From: an uncultured Bacilli bacterium
GTDB taxonomy: Bacteria; Bacillota_I; Bacilli_A; RF39; UBA660
Assembly (NCBI GenBank): GCA_910588025.1
Contig: CAJUQG010000001.1
Coordinates: 152,323-216,322, forward strand
Length of the DNA: 64,000 nt
Direction of reading: 5' to 3'
Shown here piece after piece: positions 20,091 to 28,218 of this stretch. The notes under the pieces were generated by a model. It was not told where the DNA came from. It worked only from the letters and a program-made list of their open reading frames with translations, and made no database searches. Both the position numbers and the translations under genes were made by a program. The stretch's first letter is position 1. Every line of letters begins with the position of its first letter.

Positions 20091-20924
20091 CTACTTCTTA
20101 TGATATATTCTTTTTTTCACAGCATGAAAAGCATAACCAACAAAACAATAACATGCTTTCCATAAAGGCAATTTTTCAATTTTACGATACCAATACCAAT
20201 TCATTTTAACCGCTTTCAATTTATTACTAGAAAGAGAATTCTTAACAACCCGGTAATAAGACAACGTTTCTGGAACTTCATAGCAATCATAGCCATTTTT
20301 TAATAATTGACACCAAGTGGCAGCATCTTGTCTTCTTCGAATATTTGGCATAACTAATAATTCTTTACCCGTAATTTGTGTATCCACCATCACACAAACC
20401 GTTTGAATAATGGTATTTCTCAAAAAGAGATTATAATTAACGCGAGCCGGAATTTTAACGATCTTTCCAAGACTATTACCCGCTTCATCTAATTTTTCAT
20501 AATCAGTACAAGTAAAAGCATAATGATGTTCTAACATGTACTTTACTTGCTTTTCTAGCTTTTCTTTTTTCCATAAATCATCTGCATCTAAATAAGCCAC
20601 AAAACGTCCCTTAGATTCTTCTAACGCTTTATTTCTTGCTACTGCCGCACCACTATTTTTTTCTAATTTAAAATACTTAACTCTAGAATCATTTTTCACA
20701 AATGATTGAATGACTTCTGCTGATGAATCCGTAGAACAATCATCTACCAAAAGTAATTCCCAATTTTGATAGGTTTGTGCTTGCACACATTGAATCGTTT
20801 CTGCAATTAATTTCTCACAATTATAGATAGGCGTAATAATAGAAACCAAGTTTACTCTACAATCTACTTCTCCACCTTTTAAATTTGCACCTTCATTTAC
20901 TACATCCTTCATTTTACTTTTCAT
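20091..20924 (-). CDS. family 2 glycosyltransferase
   Basis: VSIITPIYNCEKL...LLLVDDCSTDSS...YLDADD. ATG at 20924 is 7 nt after a GAGGTG SD; the track start is an upstream TTG. Confidence 0.85.
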   Translation of the reverse strand: MKSKMKDVVNEGANLKGGEVDCRVNLVSIITPIYNCEKLIAETIQCVQAQTYQNWELLLVDDCSTDSSAEVIQSFVKNDSRVKYFKLEKNSGAAVARNKALEESKGRFVAYLDADDLWKKEKLEKQVKYMLEHHYAFTCTDYEKLDEAGNSLGKIVKIPARVNYNLFLRNTIIQTVCVMVDTQITGKELLVMPNIRRRQDAATWCQLLKNGYDCYEVPETLSYYRVVKNSLSSNKLKAVKMNWYWYRKIEKLPLWKACYCFVGYAFHAVKKRIYHKK

Positions 20925-20996
20925 TACTTCACACCTCAATTCGACTCATAGTCTACTATACCTATAATATAGAAAAAAGAGCAATACGTCAAATTA

Positions 20997-21704
20997 TTAT
21001 ACTGCTCCATCTCTTTTTATAACTTTAACAATTGTAGAAAAAATAATCTTAATATCTAACCAAATAGAACAATGACCAACGTAATATAGTTCAAGTTGCT
21101 TTCTTTTTTTATAAGTAGTACAGCTTCTTCCATTCACTGCCCAATATCCAGTAAGCCCAGGTCTTAAACTCAAAAACTTCTTCGCTTCTGCACTATTATA
21201 ATTTTCAATTTCATCAGGAACAATTGGTCTTGGTCCAATCAAAGACATATCCCCTTTAAAAATATTGATAAATTGTGGAAATTCATCAAGGGAAGTCACG
21301 CGTAATAGTTTCCCTATTTTTGTAATTCTTGGATCATTTTCTAATTTTCGTGTTTGATAATACTCTTCACGAATATCTTCATTTTCCTCTAACCAACGCT
21401 TTAAAACATCTTCAGCATTAGGAACCATCGTTCTAAATTTATAAATATAAATAAATTGACCATATTTTCCCAAACGTTTTTGTTTAAAAAAGATAGAATG
21501 AAAATCACCACTACAAATCGTAATAATTTTTACGAATAAAGCAAGCGGAATCAAAAATAAAATACCGATGAATCCTACAAAAACATCAAAAGTCCTTTTA
21601 AAGACAAAATATAAATATCGAAAAGATACACTTTTACTACGTGTTTCTTCATATACTAACTCTTTATTATTCACAATCAAACCCCTCCAAACATACTTAT
21701 TCAT
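20997..21704 (-). CDS. undecaprenyl-phosphate sugar phosphotransferase (bacterial sugar transferase, WbaP/CpsE C-terminal type)
   Basis: One TM helix, then KRLGKYGQFIYIYKFRTM...LDEFPQFINIFKGDMSLIGPRP. It is the first gene of the locus. Confidence 0.88.
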   Translation of the reverse strand: MNKYVWRGLIVNNKELVYEETRSKSVSFRYLYFVFKRTFDVFVGFIGILFLIPLALFVKIITICSGDFHSIFFKQKRLGKYGQFIYIYKFRTMVPNAEDVLKRWLEENEDIREEYYQTRKLENDPRITKIGKLLRVTSLDEFPQFINIFKGDMSLIGPRPIVPDEIENYNSAEAKKFLSLRPGLTGYWAVNGRSCTTYKKRKQLELYYVGHCSIWLDIKIIFSTIVKVIKRDGAV

Positions 21705-21830
21705 AATTTTTTGGTTCAGTTTAGATTATTATAACAAACTACTCTGACCTTCTGGAAATTATAACACCAACTTAACAGAAAAACTGTCAAATTTTAGTTA
21801 AATCTTCATGAATAAATAAATTTAATGGCT

Positions 21831-21859
21831 ATTCTAACACATTTGTCGTATTTTGTCGA
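21831..21859 (-). promoter_or_regulatory. candidate sigmaA-type promoter of the polysaccharide operon
   Basis: The minus strand reads TCGACA, a 17-nt spacer, then TAGAAT with an upstream TGT (extended -10). It is about 125 nt upstream of the sugar-transferase ATG. Confidence 0.4.
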
Positions 21860-21888
21860 GTACTAATTGCTAGAAAGTATTACCATTT

Positions 21889-23919
21889 TTAAGAAATATC
21901 ACAATGCGTATAACCTACACCACCATGTATCATTTCTTGTAACACAACCTCCAAGCCTTTCTTAGGAATTTCCTTTAGTAAAAAGACATGCCCCCCATTA
22001 CATAATTCATGTAATTTGCCTTCCAATACAATTCGTTCTTCCAAACTTACTTTCCGATTCACTAAAAAAGTACTTCCATATTGACCATGGTTTTCGAAAC
22101 CTTTTAATTTACCATATATGACCTCATCAAGTTCTAAAAAATACGTTCCAACATCATCCAAATCCATAGCACATAAAGCAAAATTTAAATTATTTTCTTC
22201 TGAATAACGATCTAACACCTTTCTTATATATGTAACAATTTTAATCGCTTCTTCTTGAGCAAGTGTTTCATTCTCTCTTTTTCCAAGTAAAAGAAAGACT
22301 GTTTCCCAAAGTCCAACAAAATTAACTTGCAATACACCATGTTTAAAAATTTTCCGCAATCGGTCATTTTCTTTCACATTTTCTCCAAATTTCCAAACTC
22401 CCTTACCGATTAAATACGGAAAGTTATAATTATGTTTACTACATTGATACTCAAAACGTTCCAAAATTTCATTTTTCGCAAGTTCTAAAGTTTCTAAAAG
22501 TTCTTCATAAAAATGCTCTACATCTTCATGCTGATGCCTTAGAGCAAGACGTGGTAAATTAATGCTTGTAAAAGACACACTGCCCTTTTCTCCAACATAA
22601 ACACCATCTTGAGTTGTATTATCAAAAAAAGCTCGCTCGCCCCCTACCCCATAACATACATCTTCTTTGCTCTGATTGTATGAAACATCTAAAAATTCAA
22701 AATCTACAACCCCTTTAAAATATGCTTCTTCCGCTAACTTACGTACGTCACTCATCGCTTTATTATGAGAAAAATGCAAACACTCCTTTAACTTAAAAAT
22801 ACCAATTACTGCATCAGGATTTTGAAGTACTAATTCTTGGATGAAAACCTTATCAATCATAATGGCTGCCATACTTTGTTCTGTTCCAAAAGAGAAAGAA
22901 ACTTTTTGATGATTAAAATTTTGTTCATAAGAAAACTGTAATTCTCCTAAAAACCAATGAAGTGCTTTTTGTAAATTATGTTGTAGGGTCTCCAAACTTT
23001 CTCGGTAAGAATCCAAAAATAGCGTACGAATCGGATGAGAACTTTGATAAAAATACCGATAATCTTCCTCATTAATTTCTAAAGAAGAAAGTTCACTTAC
23101 CTTTTGACGAAATAAATCCATTGGCAAAATTTCTTGCAAACCAAAGGAAGACAATTTTAACTCCAAAGTCTCTTGCCATATCAAACCAAAATGACGAATT
23201 AAAATAGGTTCTAATTCCTTTTCAAAATAAGGTACCATGACATTCCCGTGTTGCTCTAACATAATACTACGAATCACTTTTGATAAAGACAATAACGCAT
23301 CAAAAACGTGATTCTGGGCTGACTCTTCTAAAAACTTAGAATAAAGAAGTTGAACACTACTTGGATTTCCCATTGCATAATATCCTAATTGATGAAAATA
23401 TAAAATTCCACTATCAATAGTTCGAACGGTTTTATGATCTAACAAAAAACTTTGTGCAAACTCTTCACTAATCACTTTCCCAAAATGATAAAACATATCC
23501 TGCGGTGGCAAAGAAGAACCAACCAACTTGGGATCCTCTTTTTCATTCAGCCCTAACTTCTCCATTGATTTCAAAAACTTATGTTGTTCTTTTTTGGTAA
23601 ATGATTCACGTGATAAAGCCCTTTGTTCACGGTATTTTCGATAATGATTATAAATATCTAGATATTGATGATTTTCTAAAACCTCTAAAATAATATCTTG
23701 AATATCCTCTATTTTTATTGTTTTTCGATCTTGATAATCCTTCGCGATTTTTGCTAAAACCGAACTATAAACACGATTCATATCTTTATTTTCATAAGCA
23801 TGTGTAACACTATCAAAGGCTTTTTTGATTGCAATCGCTATTTTTTCACCTTGAAATTCACAACGTTGTCCACTTCTCTTTACAACGATTAAACTGTCAA
23901 GTACATCATTTTTTTGCAT
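21889..23919 (-). CDS. ATP-cone protein homologous to class III ribonucleotide reductase NrdD but lacking the Zn-ribbon and glycyl-radical C-terminus
   Basis: N-terminal ATP-cone (VVKRSGQRCEFQGEKIAIAIKKAF). Collinear blocks with the neighbouring NrdD (FTSINLPRL, CNGGHVFLL). It ends at GGVGYTHCDIS with no CxxC or RVxG[FY] motif. Confidence 0.7.
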   Translation of the reverse strand: MQKNDVLDSLIVVKRSGQRCEFQGEKIAIAIKKAFDSVTHAYENKDMNRVYSSVLAKIAKDYQDRKTIKIEDIQDIILEVLENHQYLDIYNHYRKYREQRALSRESFTKKEQHKFLKSMEKLGLNEKEDPKLVGSSLPPQDMFYHFGKVISEEFAQSFLLDHKTVRTIDSGILYFHQLGYYAMGNPSSVQLLYSKFLEESAQNHVFDALLSLSKVIRSIMLEQHGNVMVPYFEKELEPILIRHFGLIWQETLELKLSSFGLQEILPMDLFRQKVSELSSLEINEEDYRYFYQSSHPIRTLFLDSYRESLETLQHNLQKALHWFLGELQFSYEQNFNHQKVSFSFGTEQSMAAIMIDKVFIQELVLQNPDAVIGIFKLKECLHFSHNKAMSDVRKLAEEAYFKGVVDFEFLDVSYNQSKEDVCYGVGGERAFFDNTTQDGVYVGEKGSVSFTSINLPRLALRHQHEDVEHFYEELLETLELAKNEILERFEYQCSKHNYNFPYLIGKGVWKFGENVKENDRLRKIFKHGVLQVNFVGLWETVFLLLGKRENETLAQEEAIKIVTYIRKVLDRYSEENNLNFALCAMDLDDVGTYFLELDEVIYGKLKGFENHGQYGSTFLVNRKVSLEERIVLEGKLHELCNGGHVFLLKEIPKKGLEVVLQEMIHGGVGYTHCDIS

Positions 23920-23946
23920 GTTTTCACCAACCTAAATCTTAATCAT

Positions 23947-23975
23947 ATTATAGAAGAAATTCACGATAAAATCAA
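23947..23975 (-). promoter_or_regulatory. candidate sigmaA-type promoter of the NrdD-like gene
   Basis: The minus strand reads TTGATT, a 17-nt spacer, then TATAAT. This is followed by an AGGTTGGTGA SD and the ATG at 23919. Confidence 0.5.
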
Positions 23976-24197
23976 CAAATTATTAAAAGAACATAAAAGT
24001 CAAGTCTTTTTGTCAAAAAAATATTTTTTATAAAAAAACATAAAATAAATTTTAAAGCAAAAATTATTTTTTTCTCCATTTTAAAAGAAAATTCAAACTT
24101 ATAACCCCCAAAATAACAAAATGTTTTTTTTGCCATTTTTTTCTTTTTGACAAGAAAATTATAACTTTACACAGAAAAAAATATTTAAAAATTAATG

Positions 24198-24227
24198 TTG
24201 CATTTTTAAAAAACTTCATAGTATAAT
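24198..24227 (+). promoter_or_regulatory. candidate sigmaA-type promoter of nrdDG
   Basis: TTGCAT, an 18-nt spacer, then TATAAT. The -10 box overlaps the ATG listed in the ORF track (24226), which argues for the downstream start at 24265. Confidence 0.5.
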
Positions 24228-24264
24228 GACCCTACAGACAATATCAAGAAAGGATTGTGATTAT

Positions 24265-26358
24265 ATGATAAAGTCTATCATTAAAAGAAATGGCAAAAAA
24301 CAAGATTTTGATGCAAAGAAAATTGAAGTTGCCATTCAAAAAGCTTTAATAGCAACCAACAAAGAAATTTCCAAAGAAGAAAGTGAACATAAAAGTCAAA
24401 TTATAACAAACAACGTTCTTTTAATATTAGAAGATTTAAACCGAGATACAGTATGTATAGAAGATGTACAAGACGCTGTCGAAAATGCTTTAATGAATAG
24501 TGGTTTAAACAATGTAGCCAAGAATTATATTCGCTATCGTTATCAAAGAGAAATATTAAGAAACGATAATCTTTCTAGTAAAGCTGTCGAAAAAATGGTA
24601 CTTACCTATACCGGCGGCGATGATATGGCCGTAAAAGAAAATTCCAATATGGGCTTCTCTTTACAAGGTTTAAATAACTTTTTAGTATCAGAATTCAGTA
24701 AAAACTTCTGGCTAAATCATATCTTTACTCCCGAACAAAAGAAAGCTCACGAAAATGGTGACATTCACATTCATGATTTAGGGCTTTTATCTGTTTACTG
24801 TTGTGGATGGGACTTAGAACAATTGCTAATCAAAGGATTTACTGGAGTAAAAAATAAAATTCAAAGTAAACCTCCAAAACATTTCCGAAGCGCTCTAGGT
24901 CAAGTTGTAAACTTTATCTATACTCTTCAAGGAGAAGCAGCTGGTGCTCAAGCTCTATCTAGTTTCGATACTTACTTAGCTCCTTTCATTCGTTATGATA
25001 ATTTAACATATAAAGAGGTAAAACAAGCAATGCAAGAATTTATCTTTAACATGGCTGTACCAACCAGAGTTGGTTTTCAAACTCCATTCTTTAACATTAC
25101 TCTAGATTTAGAAGTAAGTTCTTTATTCAAAGATAAACACATCATAATTGGTGGCGAATACAAAGAAGAAACCTATGGTGAATTTCAAGAAGAAATGGAT
25201 TTATTAAACAAAGCTTTCTGTGAAGTAATGACAGAAGGAGATGCGAGTGGCCGTGTATTCACATTCCCTATCCCTACTTACAATATCGGAAAAGACTTTA
25301 ATTGGGATCGTCCAATTGTAGATGATGTTATGAAAATGACAAGCAAATATGGAATTCCTTATTTTGCTAACTTTGTAAATAGTGATATGAATCCTGAAGA
25401 TGCTAGAAGTATGTGCTGTCGTCTTAGAATCGATAATCGCGTGTTAAGAAAACGTGGTGGTGGCTTATTTGGTGCTAACCCTATGACTGGAAGTATCGGT
25501 GTAACAACCATCAACCTTCCACGCTTAGGTTATTTATACAAAGATAAAACTGAACTAAAAAAACAATTACGAATTTTAATGGATTTGTGTCGCGATATCT
25601 TAAGTACTAAACGTAAATTTTTAGAAAAAAATACCGAAGGCGGACTTTACCCATATAGCAAATTTTATCTTGCTGACATTAAAGAACGTTTCGGAGAATA
25701 TTGGAAAAACCATTTCAATACGATTGGTATTGTTGGAATGAACGAATGTATTAGAAACTTTACTAACGATTCTGAAAATATAACTACACGTTATGGGCAA
25801 GAATTTGCCAAAGACATTCTAGATTATATGAACGAAGTCTTAACAGAATATCAAGAAAATGGCGACCTTTACAACTTAGAAGCAACTCCAGCCGAAGGAA
25901 CAGCACCACGTCTTGCTAAAATAGACAAAAACACTTACAAAGATATTATTACTGCTGGAGAAAAAGAAGCATGCTATACCAATAGTACTCAATTACCAGT
26001 TAATGCGACCGACGATTTATTTGAAGCCATCGAATTACAAGATGAACTACAATGTAAATATACAGGTGGAACTGTTCTTCATGCTTTCTTAGGAGAAAGA
26101 ATTCATGATCCGAAAGTTACCAAAACTTTACTACAAAATATTTTTGCCAATTATAAATTACCATATTTATCATTTACCCCTACTTTCAGTATTTGTAAAG
26201 AACATGGTTATTTAGATGGCGAACAATTTACTTGTCCGCATTGTGGTGGAGATTGTGAAGTATGGACAAGAGTGGTAGGATTCTATCGTCCAGTTCAAAA
26301 CTTTAATAATTCAAAACGAGAAGAATTCCATCAAAGAAAAGAATATATAGTAGAATGA
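24265..26358 (+). CDS. nrdD: anaerobic ribonucleoside-triphosphate reductase (class III)
   Basis: ATP-cone at the N-terminus (IIKRNGKKQDFDAKKIEVAIQKAL). Thiyl-Cys block SMCCRLR. C-terminal Zn-ribbon CPHCGGDCEVW and glycyl-radical motif TRVVGFYRP. AAAGGA SD before the ATG at 24265. Confidence 0.92.
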   Translation: MIKSIIKRNGKKQDFDAKKIEVAIQKALIATNKEISKEESEHKSQIITNNVLLILEDLNRDTVCIEDVQDAVENALMNSGLNNVAKNYIRYRYQREILRNDNLSSKAVEKMVLTYTGGDDMAVKENSNMGFSLQGLNNFLVSEFSKNFWLNHIFTPEQKKAHENGDIHIHDLGLLSVYCCGWDLEQLLIKGFTGVKNKIQSKPPKHFRSALGQVVNFIYTLQGEAAGAQALSSFDTYLAPFIRYDNLTYKEVKQAMQEFIFNMAVPTRVGFQTPFFNITLDLEVSSLFKDKHIIIGGEYKEETYGEFQEEMDLLNKAFCEVMTEGDASGRVFTFPIPTYNIGKDFNWDRPIVDDVMKMTSKYGIPYFANFVNSDMNPEDARSMCCRLRIDNRVLRKRGGGLFGANPMTGSIGVTTINLPRLGYLYKDKTELKKQLRILMDLCRDILSTKRKFLEKNTEGGLYPYSKFYLADIKERFGEYWKNHFNTIGIVGMNECIRNFTNDSENITTRYGQEFAKDILDYMNEVLTEYQENGDLYNLEATPAEGTAPRLAKIDKNTYKDIITAGEKEACYTNSTQLPVNATDDLFEAIELQDELQCKYTGGTVLHAFLGERIHDPKVTKTLLQNIFANYKLPYLSFTPTFSICKEHGYLDGEQFTCPHCGGDCEVWTRVVGFYRPVQNFNNSKREEFHQRKEYIVE

Positions 26359-27017
26359 TTTATGGAATTCAAAAACTATCTTTAGTGGATTACCCATCTT
26401 TACCGAGCTTTGTGATTTTTCTAGGAGGGTGTAACTTTCGTTGCCCCTTCTGCCACAATAGTTCGATTGTCAATAAAACTGAAACGACTTACGAAATCAA
26501 TGACGTCTTACTAGAAATTCAAAAAAGAAGTGCCTTTTTAAATGCTGTAGTCATAACTGGTGGAGAACCCACTTTATATGGTGAAAAATTAATTGAATTA
26601 TTAAAACAAATTAAAAAACTCCATTTACAAATTAAATTAGATACCAACGGAACCAATCCCAAACTTTTAAAAAAGATTTTGGACTTAAATTTAGTTGATT
26701 ACATTGCTATGGATATCAAAAACACTTGGGAAAAATATGAAGAAACAGTAGGATGCCCAGTAGATTTAGATAAAATAAAACAAAGCATAGAAATCATTGA
26801 AACTAGCAAAAAAGATTACGAATTTCGCATGACCATTAATAAAACAATGCACACGAAAGAAGATATTTTAAGTGTCCAAAATTATGTGAAAGAAAAAAAA
26901 CGTTTTTTCCTCCAACCTTACAAACAACAACCTACTCAAATAATCAAACAAGATTTTGGTGAATGGACAAAAGAAGAATTACAAGAACTAGAAGAAGCTT
27001 TTTCTATCAAAGCTTAA
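26355..27017 (+). CDS. nrdG: anaerobic ribonucleotide reductase activating protein (radical SAM)
   Basis: CNFRCPFCHN cluster motif and GGEPTL. Its start overlaps the nrdD stop (ATGA). Confidence 0.9.
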   Translation: MIYGIQKLSLVDYPSLPSFVIFLGGCNFRCPFCHNSSIVNKTETTYEINDVLLEIQKRSAFLNAVVITGGEPTLYGEKLIELLKQIKKLHLQIKLDTNGTNPKLLKKILDLNLVDYIAMDIKNTWEKYEETVGCPVDLDKIKQSIEIIETSKKDYEFRMTINKTMHTKEDILSVQNYVKEKKRFFLQPYKQQPTQIIKQDFGEWTKEELQELEEAFSIKA

Positions 27018-27092
27018 TTCTAGTTTTTTTATGCCTAAACTGACAAAATTGTAAGTTTAAAAAAAGCCAAAAGTGTTAAAATAATTCTGGAA

Positions 27093-28154
27093 GTGAAAAC
27101 GATGAATTATACAAATTGGATTATTCCCATTTTTCTTATCATTTTAATAAGCGGTTTTTATATCGGCATAAAATTAAAAACCTTTCTTTCTTACCAACAA
27201 AAAAAGTACAAAATTTTTTATTGGATTACAATTTATCTCATTACCACCAGTCTCTTCCTGTTTCGAACAATCTTTGTCGGCTTTTTTCTATATTTTATAC
27301 TCTTCAATCTTCTCTTTGACTTTATCAAAATAATTTTTCGTTTACTAAAATGTACTTATCTTCTAACTTTATTAAACAAAATATATTTTCGTGGAATTCC
27401 CATCATTATTCTTTGTAGTCTTATTTCTTTGTATGGACTATATAATATCAATCATCCCATCATCAAAGAATACAATATTAAAATATCGACCAAACTAAAA
27501 AATTCTATTACAATCGGCATGATTTCTGACTTACATCTAGGAATGATACATAGTGATAAATTTCTAAATGAAATCGTTGTCCATGCCAATGAATTAAACG
27601 CTGATATCTTTATCTTTGGAGGAGATATTTTCGACGAATACACCCAAGAAGATTTTAAAAACCAGGCAATATTAGCTTTTAGTAAAATAAAAACAAAATA
27701 CGGTATTTTTTACATAGAAGGAAACCATGATTTATTAAACAAGGATATCAAACAAAAACTAGAACAAAACAAGATTCAAGTATTAGATGATAAAGTGATT
27801 CAAATTGCTGATCTTATTAATTTAATTGGACGCAAAGATTATCGAAACAACAACTTAGGAAATCCCCGAAAAGATTTAACTGACTTAAAACAAGAAACCA
27901 AACCATCTCTTCCTACCCTGCTTTTAGATCATCAACCCAAAGACCAATTACTGGCCTCTTCTCTAAATATTGATTTACAATTATCTGGTCACACCCATGC
28001 GGGTCAAATATTCCCTGCTAATTTCTTCTTACAATATGGATATCACAAACAACAAAATTATCAAATTATTGTTTCATCTGGCTACGGAGTTTGGGGATTT
28101 CCAATTCGTACCGCTGGAAGAAGCGAAATGGTGAAAATAAACCTTACAAATTAA
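27093..28154 (+). CDS. membrane-anchored metallophosphoesterase (calcineurin-like)
   Basis: N-terminal TM helices followed by GMISDLHLG, GGDIFD, GNHD and GHTHAGQ. The start may be the ATG at 27102. Confidence 0.8.
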   Translation: MKTMNYTNWIIPIFLIILISGFYIGIKLKTFLSYQQKKYKIFYWITIYLITTSLFLFRTIFVGFFLYFILFNLLFDFIKIIFRLLKCTYLLTLLNKIYFRGIPIIILCSLISLYGLYNINHPIIKEYNIKISTKLKNSITIGMISDLHLGMIHSDKFLNEIVVHANELNADIFIFGGDIFDEYTQEDFKNQAILAFSKIKTKYGIFYIEGNHDLLNKDIKQKLEQNKIQVLDDKVIQIADLINLIGRKDYRNNNLGNPRKDLTDLKQETKPSLPTLLLDHQPKDQLLASSLNIDLQLSGHTHAGQIFPANFFLQYGYHKQQNYQIIVSSGYGVWGFPIRTAGRSEMVKINLTN

Positions 28155-28167
28155 CTCACAAAAGAAA

Positions 28168-28190
28168 AAAAGAAGTATTACAACCTTCTT
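28168..28190. terminator. weak AT-rich bidirectional hairpin between convergent genes
   Basis: AAAGAAG, a 9-nt loop, then CTTCTTT. The minus-strand reading is followed by TTTTCTTTTG. Confidence 0.3.
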
Positions 28191-28218
28191 TCTAAAGAAT
28201 TTGGGTTCACTTCTTTAA

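Noticed and set aside
211-20209. Many 60-100-aa ORFs opposite or out of frame with the long minus-strand genes. Examples: 211..399, 812..1009, 3447..3641, 4692..4994, 5276..5551, 14200..14439, 14423..14656, 14723..14965, 15143..15465, 15761..16054, 17803..17994 and 19934..20209.
   Set aside because: These are shadow ORFs embedded in long, motif-bearing genes. They lack an SD, and their Ile/Phe/Asn/Lys-rich low-complexity translations are typical of antisense frames in AT-rich DNA. The same reasoning applies to later track entries: 27116..27319, 27452..27643, 29982..30221, 31068..31259, 41130..41357, 41726..41980, 45521..45706, 46054..46239, 46685..47023, 47826..48111, 48495..48713, 49978..50178, 50557..50748, 52792..53013, 59594..59806 and 60020..60229.
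21758-21790. A second promoter-like pair, TTGACA ... TGTTATAAT, upstream of the polysaccharide operon.
   Set aside because: The spacer is 21 nt, too long for a sigmaA promoter. The TGnTATAAT could work as an extended -10 on its own, but I cannot support that from sequence alone.
24226-24264. N-terminal extension of nrdD (MTLQTISRKDCDY) from the ORF track.
   Set aside because: The ATG lies inside the predicted -10 box and has no SD. The ATP-cone begins at the ATG at 24265, which does have an SD.
23920-24264. NrdR operator boxes and a possible riboswitch upstream of nrdD.
   Set aside because: I found only a weak 5-bp inverted repeat (ACAAT...ATTGT around 24238..24259). There are no paired 16-bp palindromes and no conserved riboswitch-like helices. 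A PWM or covariance-model scan is needed, so I do not claim a site.
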